39,913 nucleotides of DNA from a virus (taxonomy: Duplodnaviria > Caudoviricetes), in IMG/VR virus record IMGVR_UViG_3300035102_000318, positions 1 to 39,913 of that record. One strand, written 5' to 3'. Positions 7,701 through 16,323 of the stretch are shown here, in pieces. The notes beneath the pieces were generated by a model. The model searched no databases. It saw only the letters and a program-made list of their open reading frames with translations, and was not told the origin of the DNA. Each line of letters opens with the position of its first letter. Within the stretch, counting starts at the first letter, position 1. The position numbers and the translations under genes were made by a program.

Positions 7701-8491
7701 GGCGTACCGCCAAAAAGGATGGAACGCGCATCGAGCTCGAGCCCCACGTTCTCGCCTTCGCCGATGATACCAGCCATCCGCATGGTAGCACGGGACTGGA
7801 GGGTGTCGGGTTTGTCGTTACGCCGCCCGCCGCTTTCGGGTTCGATCTGTTCGATATGAGTCCCGGCCGAAATGAGGGTCCAGCCCGTTTCGTGCAGGCC
7901 GTAGAGGATCGGCACCGGGCCGCCCTGCTCGGAGGTGTTTTTGGGACCGTTGAACAGGAACGAGGGCTGGTCGTCGGTGTCGTTTCGGACCGTGTATCCG
8001 GAGGTCAGCTGCGGGGTGGAGGAAAGCATCTGCGATACCCCGCTCAACCCCATGAACACGCCTGCGGTGGCGATGTTGGCATAGGTCACACTCATACCGA
8101 ACGCCGAGAAAGCCGCAGTCTGCATGCCCATGGTGGGGCCGAGTGCGCCGACCACGGGCGGTGCCACAATGATTGCAGTAGCGAGCAGGGCCACGCCGAG
8201 CAGCGCCTTGAAGATGCCCCCGCCGGATGCTCCGGATGCGGCCGGGGCGATATGCAAGTCCGCCTGGCCGAGCCCGAGCAGACACAGTTCCTCGGTGCCG
8301 TAGTCCCGGGACTCGCGCAGAGATTCTCCTGCCACGACATGCCATTCACCTTGACGTATGGCCCGCTCGAAGTCGTGCCCCAACAGCACGACCAGAGCAC
8401 GGACGGCTTCGGCCGGATTGACGACGTCCAGACGGTAGGTTGCGCCGAAACACTCCCCGAGTTTGCCGTGGAGATGAACGGTTCTGATCAT
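4769..8491 (-). CDS. Tail tip protein: lambda gpI-like domain fused to gpJ-like host specificity protein
   Basis: N-terminal ~215 aa are gpI-like (LHGKLG..FG, AEAVRAL, PVPILYG...ISAG). They are followed in frame by gpJ motifs (VP.NYDP..RTY.G.WDGTFK.AWTDNPAW, GCTSRGQA.R). Confidence 0.9.
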   Translation of the reverse strand: MIRTVHLHGKLGECFGATYRLDVVNPAEAVRALVVLLGHDFERAIRQGEWHVVAGESLRESRDYGTEELCLLGLGQADLHIAPAASGASGGGIFKALLGVALLATAIIVAPPVVGALGPTMGMQTAAFSAFGMSVTYANIATAGVFMGLSGVSQMLSSTPQLTSGYTVRNDTDDQPSFLFNGPKNTSEQGGPVPILYGLHETGWTLISAGTHIEQIEPESGGRRNDKPDTLQSRATMRMAGIIGEGENVGLELDARSILFGGTPLMAEDGSYNFEGVSWWERKGTADQEYIPGFPDVESEVEVGAEVSSSTPVVRTITSPDVDAARVRLRFEGLLEQDGQGNIGPYTVNVAIDIRQPGGEWTEAVTDAVFGKASGAYERAYRIELPGDGPWDIRVRKVTQDANTLLIKDTIKWAALTEITDLKMTYPYTHYICLALDSELFGGSIPTVSFRIKGKIVDVPVNYDPVARTYNGAWDGTFKQAWTDNPAWCVRDIIVNDRYGLGIPSVDKWGLYQISQYNDGMVDDGYGGQEPRFTLNVVLQTQEEAYDVIAALGAAMRAMSYWASGAVAFSQDSPALPSHEPVCAANVEHGIIKHKGTARKARHSVAFVTWNDPADNYRPAVVVYEDPKGIAKYGWNPKHSVLVGCTSRGQALRMAKWEVWTELYETDVASWVSGLDYADAVPGVVVPLADQVEMGVPFGGRLKAASATQVTLDRSVTIDMGETYTVTLTQPDLTSVDRVLTNAPGTTDTLTWDEPLTNIPQVHSIWALTATHLVTPLYRMVGNVESDKHKFELMALIHRPEKFAVVEQGIKFDPAPSTALPTGSLAKPGTLSIDEFFYGSGEALGTGVILSWVHAANDERVVRYEAQMRPTGGLWESGGTASGNSLSFKSTETGSYDFRVRSISSTGQLSKWTEVLGLPLYGMNQPPNDVTGVVLSVSGRDNVLSWEPVVDWRSVSYEIRKGTSWNTGLFVARTSELSRPVGGADGTYMIAAYAGGAYSDNPTMAVVDGGVTVANVLAVLDESGLEWPGSLSGDMAVNEDGNLWLNGIPVDSGTYQIAPGDVVSLSSAHLCNVQMDYDVYANGAHDDVYEIPDIYAVDNIYGVYADYITVLPEMRLYKSGAWGEWTRFIPGDYAAERFDFRIRLSTSSQEVSPVLTRLVIAVDVPDRNETGRGLVVDTDGLDVTYGRDFNATPTVVCQVVNAQGGEDVVVSNESVSGFNVTVNVDGLPVERTINFIAQGY

Positions 8492-9186
8492 GCGGCCCTC
8501 CTGATTGTCATGACCGCGAAGCGTAACCAGGGGCCGAGAGCATCAAGACAGGAGAGACGGTCTTTCAGGTGGTGCAGCAACTGGCCGTTGCCGACATAGA
8601 CCGCGCAATGGTTAATATGCCTGGAGCCGATGCGCATCAGGATGCCGTCGCCGATCTCCGGCTGGCCTTGGACCTGTCTGAACCCGGCCTCTTCGAAGTG
8701 ATTGAGAAAAAGGTCCTCCTCGTCGTACCACCCTGGTCCCCGAGTGAAGGTGGGCAGAATCACGTTCAGTTCGGCCCGGTACCAGTCGGCAGCCAGGGCG
8801 TAACAGTCGGCCACTCCCCAGCGAAACTTTCGGCCGAGCAACGGAGCTGCCGCAGTGGCGCCGCCCCAGAAAAAGGGAGGCAGGGGTTCTCCGTCTCGCA
8901 TGACCACGATGCCGAAGGCCAAATCCATCTCAATCTGCCGAGCCTGGTCGGCTACGGACGGGTAATCCGGCCCGGCCGGGTGGGAGTGGATTACGGCCTG
9001 GACCTCGCCTCTTCCCTCCGCCTGAACCCAGGTCTGGGGTGAGATGCGAAAGCGCTCGGTGGGATTGTGCGCCGTGTTGGCGCAGGGAACATACTCGCCA
9101 GAGACGATGAGCCCGCAGGACTCCTCGGGATACGTCAGCTTGGCGTGAGACATGGCTGCTCGGATAGTCGCGACAGGGTACGTCAT
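8488..9186 (-). CDS. Tail tip protein K (JAB/MPN + NlpC/P60)
   Basis: E.CG and HSHP...PS..D JAB motif; DCY...NHCAVY.G...LLHH NlpC motif. Confidence 0.92.
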   Translation of the reverse strand: MTYPVATIRAAMSHAKLTYPEESCGLIVSGEYVPCANTAHNPTERFRISPQTWVQAEGRGEVQAVIHSHPAGPDYPSVADQARQIEMDLAFGIVVMRDGEPLPPFFWGGATAAAPLLGRKFRWGVADCYALAADWYRAELNVILPTFTRGPGWYDEEDLFLNHFEEAGFRQVQGQPEIGDGILMRIGSRHINHCAVYVGNGQLLHHLKDRLSCLDALGPWLRFAVMTIRRAA

Positions 9187-9881
9187 CGCCGCGCCCTCCC
9201 CACACCCGTAAAGCCGCCGAAAGGCAGCGCCGCCGTGCCGAACCGAAGCTTGCAGTCAGACTTGCGCTTGCCGCACTTATCCTCCGACGCGGCACACGCA
9301 TTACCCAGGTCGTCGAAATATTCGTTGCCGTCGTAGGGGCACAGAACTTTGTCGTAATCGAAGGCTTCCCCCGTCCACTTCCTGTATCGCCACGGGCAGG
9401 CGTCCCGAGTGACCTGTCGACCGGGGAGCTTCTTCCCCTCTTGATCTATGGAGGCCGCCAGCTCCCATTCAATGCTCTGATCGTCCTGGTCGACCTTCTG
9501 GTCGATGACGTAGACATCGGGCGGGAAATGGACGTTGGGGTCCGCCTGGGGACCGTTATCCAGGTAGTCTTTGAAGGTCCGCCACCGGATAACCACCGCG
9601 CCCAGCAGGTCATCGTACATCTTGACCAGAGCGATGAGCGAGGTGTTGAGATGGCAGACCAGCATTTTGGGTCGTGGCAACCTTCCTTGGCCGTTGGTTT
9701 CGAAACCCTCGGCCACGTATGCCAGGGGCATGTACAGGTTGCCCTGCCAGAGCACGGGCTGCCCGCTGTCCGTATCCCGGACAAAACGGTGCACTCCGCC
9801 GCCGAACACGGACGCATCCACTTCGATCAGTTCAATGCGGTCGCCGACATAGGCCCGCTGGACATCACTCTCAATCGACAA
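9183..9881 (-). CDS. Minor tail protein L (lambda gpL-like)
   Basis: C-terminal C.W.YR...C......DKC.K...C..RF....PFGGF cysteine motif. Likely TTG start at 9881. Confidence 0.9.
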   Translation of the reverse strand: MSIESDVQRAYVGDRIELIEVDASVFGGGVHRFVRDTDSGQPVLWQGNLYMPLAYVAEGFETNGQGRLPRPKMLVCHLNTSLIALVKMYDDLLGAVVIRWRTFKDYLDNGPQADPNVHFPPDVYVIDQKVDQDDQSIEWELAASIDQEGKKLPGRQVTRDACPWRYRKWTGEAFDYDKVLCPYDGNEYFDDLGNACAASEDKCGKRKSDCKLRFGTAALPFGGFTGVGRARR

Positions 9882-10224
9882 GGTCGAAAACCTCCTGGAA
9901 CGTCGCGGTAAGGGCATACCTGGCGGCGGGCTTGTGGGTCCTGGGCCATTGAGTACAAATCCACTTCCGTGGTGAGGCTTCGCCGGGCTCGGTCCAGAAG
10001 AAGGCCTCGGCCCCACCCCGGGCATCGAAGAACGCGATCAGGGCGTCGTATGCGGTCTTGGTCAGGTTGTCCCAGGGCACGTTGATCGTGTTATCCAGGT
10101 TGTTGATCCCATCCTTGGACCGTTGGGTGTAGCCGTCGCCTTGTTGTAGGTTTCGGACGCGGGGCTTGGTCGTTCCGGTCAGCGGCAATATAGGGGCGGG
10201 GGCATTCAGGGTGGGCAAACTCAT
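9871..10224 (-). CDS. Minor tail protein M (distal tail, lambda gpM-like)
   Basis: 'GDGY.QR..DG.N', 'GG..AF.WT.P' and 'ATF.EVF' motifs. Confidence 0.9.
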   Translation of the reverse strand: MSLPTLNAPAPILPLTGTTKPRVRNLQQGDGYTQRSKDGINNLDNTINVPWDNLTKTAYDALIAFFDARGGAEAFFWTEPGEASPRKWICTQWPRTHKPAARYALTATFQEVFDLVD

Positions 10225-12905
10225 ATTCTCGGCCCTCCATTAAGCTGCCCGCCCGGCTGGACCGCCTGACGGAGCTCCTCGGAAAAGACGGCCTTCATCT
10301 CCTTGCGGTAGGCTTTGGCCGCTTCTTCCAGATAGGCGGTGTCGGTTTCACGGTCGCCGCTGGGCGTGGGCAGACTAAAGTTCTGGGTTATATAGTAGGT
10401 ATTACCTCCAGCCATAGCCCCGTGGACTCTGACGCCCATGTCGTTGGTCACAGGGTCGCGGAACAGGGGGGCGATGACCTCCTTGCGGCGTCCCTCTCCG
10501 GCCACGCCGAGAGAGGCGCCATGGGCGAACTGGAAGAAGGTCGGACGGTCCACCACTTTGCCCTCGTACCGGGCCAGGGACGGGCTGGCGTAGGCACCGC
10601 CGTGGGCATTGGGCCACAGGCCGCCCAGGAATCCCCCGAACATGTCGGACAAGGGGCCGGTGATCCCTTTTTGAATGGACATGCGCAGAAGCTCGTCCTC
10701 GATGGTCCTGACCAGGTCCGTGAATTCGAGCTTGCCCGTGTGGACGAAATTGATGATCGCGTCCTCCATGCCCCGCATACTTGTGGAGACCAGTTCCTCG
10801 GCATGGGCGGCCGCATCGGACGCGGCGTCCGAGTAATCCTGAAATGCCCGGATGGCACCATCCCGCCACTCTCGGCTGGCCCGCAGCTTGGCCTGGGCCT
10901 CCCATTGGGCCACAGCTTCGGCGTCGGCGCCAGCCTCCCGGTAAACCCGGGCCTGAGCCTCAATGGCCTCCATCTGCATGGCCGACTCGCCCTTGACCAG
11001 GCGCAGGTACTCCTTGTGAAATTCCGTCAGGACTTCGAGGTTCTCCCTGGACGCAGCCCCCTTGGCTTTTTCTATTTCCAGCTCGCGCCGGCGGGCCGCG
11101 ACAATGGGGTCGACACCGTCCAGTATCGCGGCCTGATAACGTTGCTCGGCCTCAAGCTCGGCCTGCAGCATTTCTAATTTGGTCCGATTGATATGCCCGT
11201 AACTGTCAGTGGCCTGTTTGACGGCCTCTATTTCCCCGGCCAGGGCGGCGGTGTTCCGTTCCACCGCCCGGGTGGACTTGGCCACTTCGGCCGGGGTGTG
11301 CCCATAGTGGTCGTTGGCGTAGGCGATGACCTCGGCGAACTCCTTGACCTTGGGATTGTTCTTCCCCAAGACCTTGGCGAAATCGTTATATGCCTTGTTT
11401 AGACTGGCTATGCGGGCGTCTCCTTCCGTGCCCGTATCGTTCATGGCCGCGAGCTTGACGGTAATCGAATCAATGGCACGCGCCACTTTGTCCGCGTTGG
11501 AGGTGGACTCTTCAGGGGCGGGAACCACCGAACCGGTCGGCCGGTTGTTGGGGTTCCAACGGTCCATATAGTCATCAAAATCGCCACGCAGCGCGGCGGC
11601 GGTCTGGGCTGAGGCCACCGTCAAGGCGGTCAATTTCGCCTGGGCCTGCCGGACGCGCTCCTCGGCTTGATCCACCTCTTTCTGCATCCAGCCTTCTATT
11701 GCATACCCTCGGTTCTGTTCGAGCATTGCGACGGACTGGTCGTATTCAACCTGGGCTTGGCCAAGTTCGAGTTGGGCCTGTTCCACATCGTCCAGGGTGA
11801 CATCGGTTTCGACCAGGCTATGCAGCTTCTTGCCCAGACCGATGGCGGCGGCCATGATTCCAATGGCCACCCTTGCTTGTGATCCGCCGATGACGGCGCC
11901 GACTAAGCCGACCTCCTGCACGATGGTGGGGAGCTGATTCCAACCGTCGGCGACATGGCCGAGGAAGTCGAGGCTGACTAGACCGACCTTGGCCAGGTCC
12001 TCGGCCGTTTCCACGGCAGTGGCCGCCAGCTGGGACAAGCGTTCCTGGGTCTCAGGCTTGTCCACTTCCTCGGTCAACCGCTTCATGGCGTCCGTGGCCT
12101 TGTCCACGCCTTCAGTCAACGCGGGCTTGAAAGCCCGGCCCATGTGGGCTTCGAAGTCGTCGACGTACCGGGTGAAGGAGGAGACCTTCTTGCCCGCCTC
12201 CTGCATGGCCGATTCATAAGAACCGGCGATGCCCTGGGCGGCTCTCAGCACAGCGTTGGTCCTGACCTGGACCTTTTGGTGCTCGGTCAGGGCCGTGGCC
12301 GTCGTGCCTATTGCCCGGGCGGCCTTCTTGTAGGACTGCTCAAAGTTGACGTTGATGCCGATGGTCCGCAGGACCTCCACCTGAGCGGATTGAATACCGT
12401 AGACCATGGCTTTGAAGGCCTCGGAGGAGTTCACGTTGCCGATGACGGCGGCGTCCTGGGCCGCCCTGGACAGTTCCCGAGCTTTGGTCAAGTCCATCTC
12501 TGCCTGTATCATGGAGAGCAGCACATCCCGGGACTCCAGCATGGCGATGCCGCCGGTCTGCAGTTCCGAGGTATACTTGTCCAACTCCTCGCGGGAATAA
12601 CCGTAGTTCCGACCGACGCGCTCAAGCACGACGCCCAAAGTATCGTACCGTGCCGTGGCCATGGTCGCGTCCTTGGCGAACGAGGCGACCTTGTACGCCC
12701 CGAATGCGGCGGCCAGTCTTCCCGCAGTAGAGCGCAGGGAATCCAGCGAACCGTCCAGCCGCTTGGCCGAACGGTCCACCCTTTGGAAGGAGTCGCTGCT
12801 CGAGGACGCGGCCTTCTCCACTTCCTTGGAGAAGTCGCGCACCTTGATCGACCCTTTGTCGTCGACACTTATCTCGAGGTAGATCGATCCAGCGTTTCCA
12901 GCCAT
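10221..12905 (-). CDS. Tail tape measure protein
   Basis: 894 aa, Ala-rich and helical, with lambda-type C-terminus (NA.GG...PT.F.FA.G..G..GE...E.I.PL). Follows the chaperone genes. Confidence 0.92.
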   Translation of the reverse strand: MAGNAGSIYLEISVDDKGSIKVRDFSKEVEKAASSSSDSFQRVDRSAKRLDGSLDSLRSTAGRLAAAFGAYKVASFAKDATMATARYDTLGVVLERVGRNYGYSREELDKYTSELQTGGIAMLESRDVLLSMIQAEMDLTKARELSRAAQDAAVIGNVNSSEAFKAMVYGIQSAQVEVLRTIGINVNFEQSYKKAARAIGTTATALTEHQKVQVRTNAVLRAAQGIAGSYESAMQEAGKKVSSFTRYVDDFEAHMGRAFKPALTEGVDKATDAMKRLTEEVDKPETQERLSQLAATAVETAEDLAKVGLVSLDFLGHVADGWNQLPTIVQEVGLVGAVIGGSQARVAIGIMAAAIGLGKKLHSLVETDVTLDDVEQAQLELGQAQVEYDQSVAMLEQNRGYAIEGWMQKEVDQAEERVRQAQAKLTALTVASAQTAAALRGDFDDYMDRWNPNNRPTGSVVPAPEESTSNADKVARAIDSITVKLAAMNDTGTEGDARIASLNKAYNDFAKVLGKNNPKVKEFAEVIAYANDHYGHTPAEVAKSTRAVERNTAALAGEIEAVKQATDSYGHINRTKLEMLQAELEAEQRYQAAILDGVDPIVAARRRELEIEKAKGAASRENLEVLTEFHKEYLRLVKGESAMQMEAIEAQARVYREAGADAEAVAQWEAQAKLRASREWRDGAIRAFQDYSDAASDAAAHAEELVSTSMRGMEDAIINFVHTGKLEFTDLVRTIEDELLRMSIQKGITGPLSDMFGGFLGGLWPNAHGGAYASPSLARYEGKVVDRPTFFQFAHGASLGVAGEGRRKEVIAPLFRDPVTNDMGVRVHGAMAGGNTYYITQNFSLPTPSGDRETDTAYLEEAAKAYRKEMKAVFSEELRQAVQPGGQLNGGPRI

Positions 12906-13156
12906 CTCAGTATCCTATCCAGGTCCAGCCATTCCTCGACGGTCAGGTCCCACCGGCGAAAGGGGAACCCCGCGTTTTTCAGCCTGGCCGCCCGCAACAT
13001 CTTGATTGTGTATGGAGAAAACTTCTCCGGCCTGGCCTTGGGGCAGTTCTCGCAACTCCATTCCCAGAACCTCCCTTGCTCGGCCTCGCACTGCGCCTGA
13101 TCCGCGTCCGTGCAAATGCCCCTGGCCAGAGCCTGGAGGTCCCTCGTCAGTTTCCC
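12869..13156 (-). CDS. -1 frameshift extension of the tail assembly chaperone (gpGT equivalent)
   Basis: Open -1 frame with no start codon at its 5' end (KLTRDLQALARGICTDADQ...WLETLDRSTSR*), entered at the slippery heptamer G GGA AAC. Not present in the ORF track. Confidence 0.75.
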   Translation of the reverse strand, partial: GKLTRDLQALARGICTDADQAQCEAEQGRFWEWSCENCPKARPEKFSPYTIKMLRAARLKNAGFPFRRWDLTVEEWLDLDRILRWLETLDRSTSR

Positions 13157-13629
13157 TCGGCGTCCTCGGGACTAACGTCCTCCGCACCCTTATCGTCACC
13201 GACGGAAACCGATGCTTCTTCCTCCGCTTCGGGAGACAGTGCGACCACCGGCTCTTCGAAGATGCGGATGGCCAGTGCTTCGACCAGCTCCACGGCGTAC
13301 CGTTTGAGGTGCGTCTTCCATTTCGGGTCGTAGTGCGGGGAGTCCTTATCCGAGGAAACAGGGATCACGGGGACTTTGCCGTCGGCGTCGGGCTGGCCGC
13401 CGGGCTTGCCAAAGCAGCCCTCACCCAGACCGGTGATGATGGCCAGTCCGTACTCGCGGCGGAGACGGCCCGCCATGTTGACTACTTTGCCCTTGTCGCG
13501 TTTGACCCTGCCGTTTTCGTAACCGAATCGTTCGTCCTCGGTCGGAAGCCGGTAGAAAAGCGTCAGTTTCTGGCCTGCGGTCCGGGAGTAGAAGTCCATC
13601 CTATGGTCGGTGCCGGTGAATACGTACAT
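13147..13629 (-). CDS. Tail assembly chaperone (gpG equivalent)
   Basis: Lies between tail tube and tape measure; acidic C-terminus ending in GAG GGA AAC TGA. Confidence 0.8.
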   Translation of the reverse strand: MYVFTGTDHRMDFYSRTAGQKLTLFYRLPTEDERFGYENGRVKRDKGKVVNMAGRLRREYGLAIITGLGEGCFGKPGGQPDADGKVPVIPVSSDKDSPHYDPKWKTHLKRYAVELVEALAIRIFEEPVVALSPEAEEEASVSVGDDKGAEDVSPEDAEGN

Positions 13630-13640
13630 CTTTCGTTCCT

Positions 13641-14915
13641 TTAGGCGGCGTAGGCGGCCACCTGGTTTTTGACCCGGACGATGACCGAGCCGTGAGTGTC
13701 GTCCTGCAGGACCTGGAACGCGGTGTTCTCGGACAGCTTCTTGCCGTCCAGGGACAGCGGCGCGGATTCGATGCCAACGCGCGGGAAGATGATCTCCACC
13801 TGAAACTTGTGCCCGGTGTCGAACTCGGCGCCTTCGGCGATCACGCGGATACCGAAGTATTCATTGGCCGTCTGGGCCTGCTGCAGGATGGCATCGCGGA
13901 AGTCGCGGTCCAGCTGCAGGGTCTGGGACCGGCCGTCGCGCGAGACCTTTGAGGCATAGCCCCCCCCGGCACCAGGCGCGAACGTGACCTGCAGATTGTT
14001 GTTCATGGACCATTCCAGATTTTTGACATCGGCCGAGACCTCACGGCCACCCGCGAAGCTGGTGCCGTCCCAGGTTCCCCCGATCACGGCGGTCAGCTGG
14101 GACACGCGCAGCGGACTCTCCTGCACCCGGGGCGGGAAAGCGCACCAGGCCGGTTCGGTGGGGACGTAGAGGATTTTGTAGTCGACAAGGTCGGTGGCTT
14201 CGTCCGGAGCGACAATAGTCAGCTCGTCGAAACCCGCGCCCCCCACGGCGGTGAATGTGACTTCCGTCCAGACGCCGGGCGAGAGTTCGGCCCTGACGCG
14301 GTGGACGTTGTCCAGCCGCTCGCTAGCGTCATCGCCGTGAACCGCCGACGGCAGCGTCAGGGAAATGGCGTTTTTGGCTGCGTTGACCAACGCCTCGTCG
14401 ATGTTGTCTTCGACCATGCCGGTACCCTTCAGGGACCCGACGGCTTTGCACCAGCTGTCCTCGGCAAAGGTGAAAGTGAAAGAGTCCACGACCACGGTTG
14501 CGAAGAGCCGCTTGAGCACGGTCTTGCCGTAACGCTGGGCGGCGGTGAAGGAGGGGTTGCTGAGGTAGGTGAGCAGGTCCTCCTCGATGGGCGTGATGGT
14601 GTGGAGGAAGCCGGTCCCCGCGGGGGTGGTGGCGACCTCGCCCAGGCCGAAGGCGGCCAGGAAGGCGAAGTGCTGCGGCTGGGCCTTCTCGAAGTTGAAG
14701 GACCCGCCGGACAGCTGGCCGTTGTCGTACATCATGTCCGGCTCTTCCTTGCCAGTGGCCTCATCGGCGTTGGATTCGCGGCGCGGCTCCACGTTGAGCA
14801 CGTCGCCCAGGGCAACCAGCAGGGTGGTGTCCAGGTCCTGGGGCGAATTAATGTCGGCCTCGCGGTTGTTGGCGGACACGGCGATAAAGTTGTTGGTGGC
14901 GCGGACGGACCTCAT
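13641..14915 (-). CDS. Major tail tube protein (non-contractile tail)
   Basis: 424 aa, beta-rich, located before the chaperone and tape measure. No sheath or baseplate genes are present. Confidence 0.7.
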   Translation of the reverse strand: MRSVRATNNFIAVSANNREADINSPQDLDTTLLVALGDVLNVEPRRESNADEATGKEEPDMMYDNGQLSGGSFNFEKAQPQHFAFLAAFGLGEVATTPAGTGFLHTITPIEEDLLTYLSNPSFTAAQRYGKTVLKRLFATVVVDSFTFTFAEDSWCKAVGSLKGTGMVEDNIDEALVNAAKNAISLTLPSAVHGDDASERLDNVHRVRAELSPGVWTEVTFTAVGGAGFDELTIVAPDEATDLVDYKILYVPTEPAWCAFPPRVQESPLRVSQLTAVIGGTWDGTSFAGGREVSADVKNLEWSMNNNLQVTFAPGAGGGYASKVSRDGRSQTLQLDRDFRDAILQQAQTANEYFGIRVIAEGAEFDTGHKFQVEIIFPRVGIESAPLSLDGKKLSENTAFQVLQDDTHGSVIVRVKNQVAAYAA

Positions 14916-15097
14916 TTGTCACCTTCCTTTGCCGCCGGTTTCGCGGCGGGCTTGGTCGTCTTGGTCTTGACCTTCTGGAAGCGATCCTTGCTCTCGGAAG
15001 GAATCTCCTCGTACTGCCTGCCGTGCTCGAACCTGCGGCCAGCCTTGGGGCCGCTGATCTGTTCAAAGGCGGGCTGGGTGGGCTTTAATTCGTACAT
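14912..15097 (-). CDS. Small hypothetical protein (Mu gp38 position)
   Basis: 61-aa ORF overlapping both neighbours; Lys-rich tail. Confidence 0.65.
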   Translation of the reverse strand: MYELKPTQPAFEQISGPKAGRRFEHGRQYEEIPSESKDRFQKVKTKTTKPAAKPAAKEGDK

Positions 15098-15528
15098 GGC
15101 CTGTTCCCCTCTTTGTCGTAGGTGTAAGTGATGACCTTGATCTGCAGAGCTCTATCCGTTTCCACCAAGGACGAGGGCGATTCGGATGCGGACCACGCCT
15201 CCTCCATGCCGGGGATGCCGAGCAGCTCACCATCGAGCAGGGTGTGGACCTTCTCGGCAAATTCCAGGATGCCCATCTCCTTGGCGGCCCGGTCACCCAT
15301 GATGGATGCCTCGGGCTTACCGAGCTGCACCCAAAGGGTCATGGACACGTCCAGCGACTCCTCCTGGCTGCCGCCGCCCCCCAGGGTGCGCCGAATTGAA
15401 CCGTCCTTGATGCCTACGGCGGGCAGGCGCACCCTGTTGGGCAGGAAATTCTCATTTGGCGTGACGAACACGGCCACGCCGCCGAGTTCCTCGAGCTTCT
15501 CCTTGATGGCCTCGATCAGCAGGCGCAT
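15085..15528 (-). CDS. Putative tail completion/terminator protein
   Basis: Synteny after the gp36-like gene; 'LPAV.I' motif; size fits. Confidence 0.6.
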   Translation of the reverse strand: MRLLIEAIKEKLEELGGVAVFVTPNENFLPNRVRLPAVGIKDGSIRRTLGGGGSQEESLDVSMTLWVQLGKPEASIMGDRAAKEMGILEFAEKVHTLLDGELLGIPGMEEAWSASESPSSLVETDRALQIKVITYTYDKEGNRPCTN

Positions 15529-15960
15529 CTAAAACCCCTTCATGGTGTCGCGGGAGAAGACCCGCTCCGGGTTGGTGCTGGCCATGGCCGGAGCTTCGCT
15601 CTCCCGGGGCGTGGCCTCGGGGTCGTCGATCCCCAGGGTGAGCTTGCCCTCGCCCACCTTGGTCAGGAACTTCAGGGCCGCGTCGTAGCGCTCCTTGCGG
15701 TGCTCGCTCGCCCCGCGCCGTCTGGACTCGAGGTGATAGACGGCCATGTCCACGGCGTACTTGCCGATCACGGCCGGGACCGGGTCCAGGGGCACGGCGT
15801 ACCGCGCCCCCAGATACCCGTTGATCTCGGCATCGGCGTCGGCAATGGCCCGGTCGACCACAGCGGCGTCCACGATCCCGGCGTCCCGGTCATCGGTCAG
15901 CTGGACCAGGTCCCGCTCGTCGAGTTGGGCCTTGATGTCGTCGATGGTGCAGTAGGTCAT
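15529..15960 (-). CDS. Head-tail connector, Mu gp36/DUF1320 family
   Basis: 'Y.T..D', 'AI.DA..EI.GYL..RY..PL..VP' and 'RY..A.K.L..V..G' motifs. Confidence 0.9.
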   Translation of the reverse strand: MTYCTIDDIKAQLDERDLVQLTDDRDAGIVDAAVVDRAIADADAEINGYLGARYAVPLDPVPAVIGKYAVDMAVYHLESRRRGASEHRKERYDAALKFLTKVGEGKLTLGIDDPEATPRESEAPAMASTNPERVFSRDTMKGF

Positions 15961-15963
15961 GGT

Positions 15964-16260
15964 CTATCCCTTGGCCTTCAGGGCCTGCTCGAGCAGGGCG
16001 TAGTGGTCTTTTTTGTTCTTGGCACCGGCCCGGTCGACCTTCATGTCGTCCAGCCGGTCCACAATTTGGGCCTCGGTGATGTCCTCATACGAGGGCAGAA
16101 CGGTCTCGCCGCCGCCGGACTCCACCTGAAGCATAGGCTCAGCCTTCAAGGCTTCGAGCTGCTCCTCGGTGAAGGCATTGTCCTCGTACTCCTTCCATTT
16201 GTCCGAGTGGGACACACCGGCGCGGCGGAAGCCGTCGATGTGGGAACGAATGCGGATCAT
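15964..16260 (-). CDS. HI1506-like / Mu gp35-position protein
   Basis: 'GFRRAG..H', 'FT.EQL..L..EPML.V' motifs; follows the major capsid gene. Confidence 0.8.
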   Translation of the reverse strand: MIRIRSHIDGFRRAGVSHSDKWKEYEDNAFTEEQLEALKAEPMLQVESGGGETVLPSYEDITEAQIVDRLDDMKVDRAGAKNKKDHYALLEQALKAKG

Positions 16261-16281
16261 GATGGTTACTCCTTGCGGATG

Positions 16282-16312
16282 GCCGGGAGGAGGATCGCGT
16301 CCTCCTCCCGGT
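16282..16312 (-). other. Strong hairpin downstream of the major capsid gene
   Basis: CCGGGAGGAGGA-CGCGA-TCCTCCTCCCGG, a perfect 12-bp stem with no U-tract. Confidence 0.7.
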
Positions 16313-16323
16313 TGGTTGTCGGG

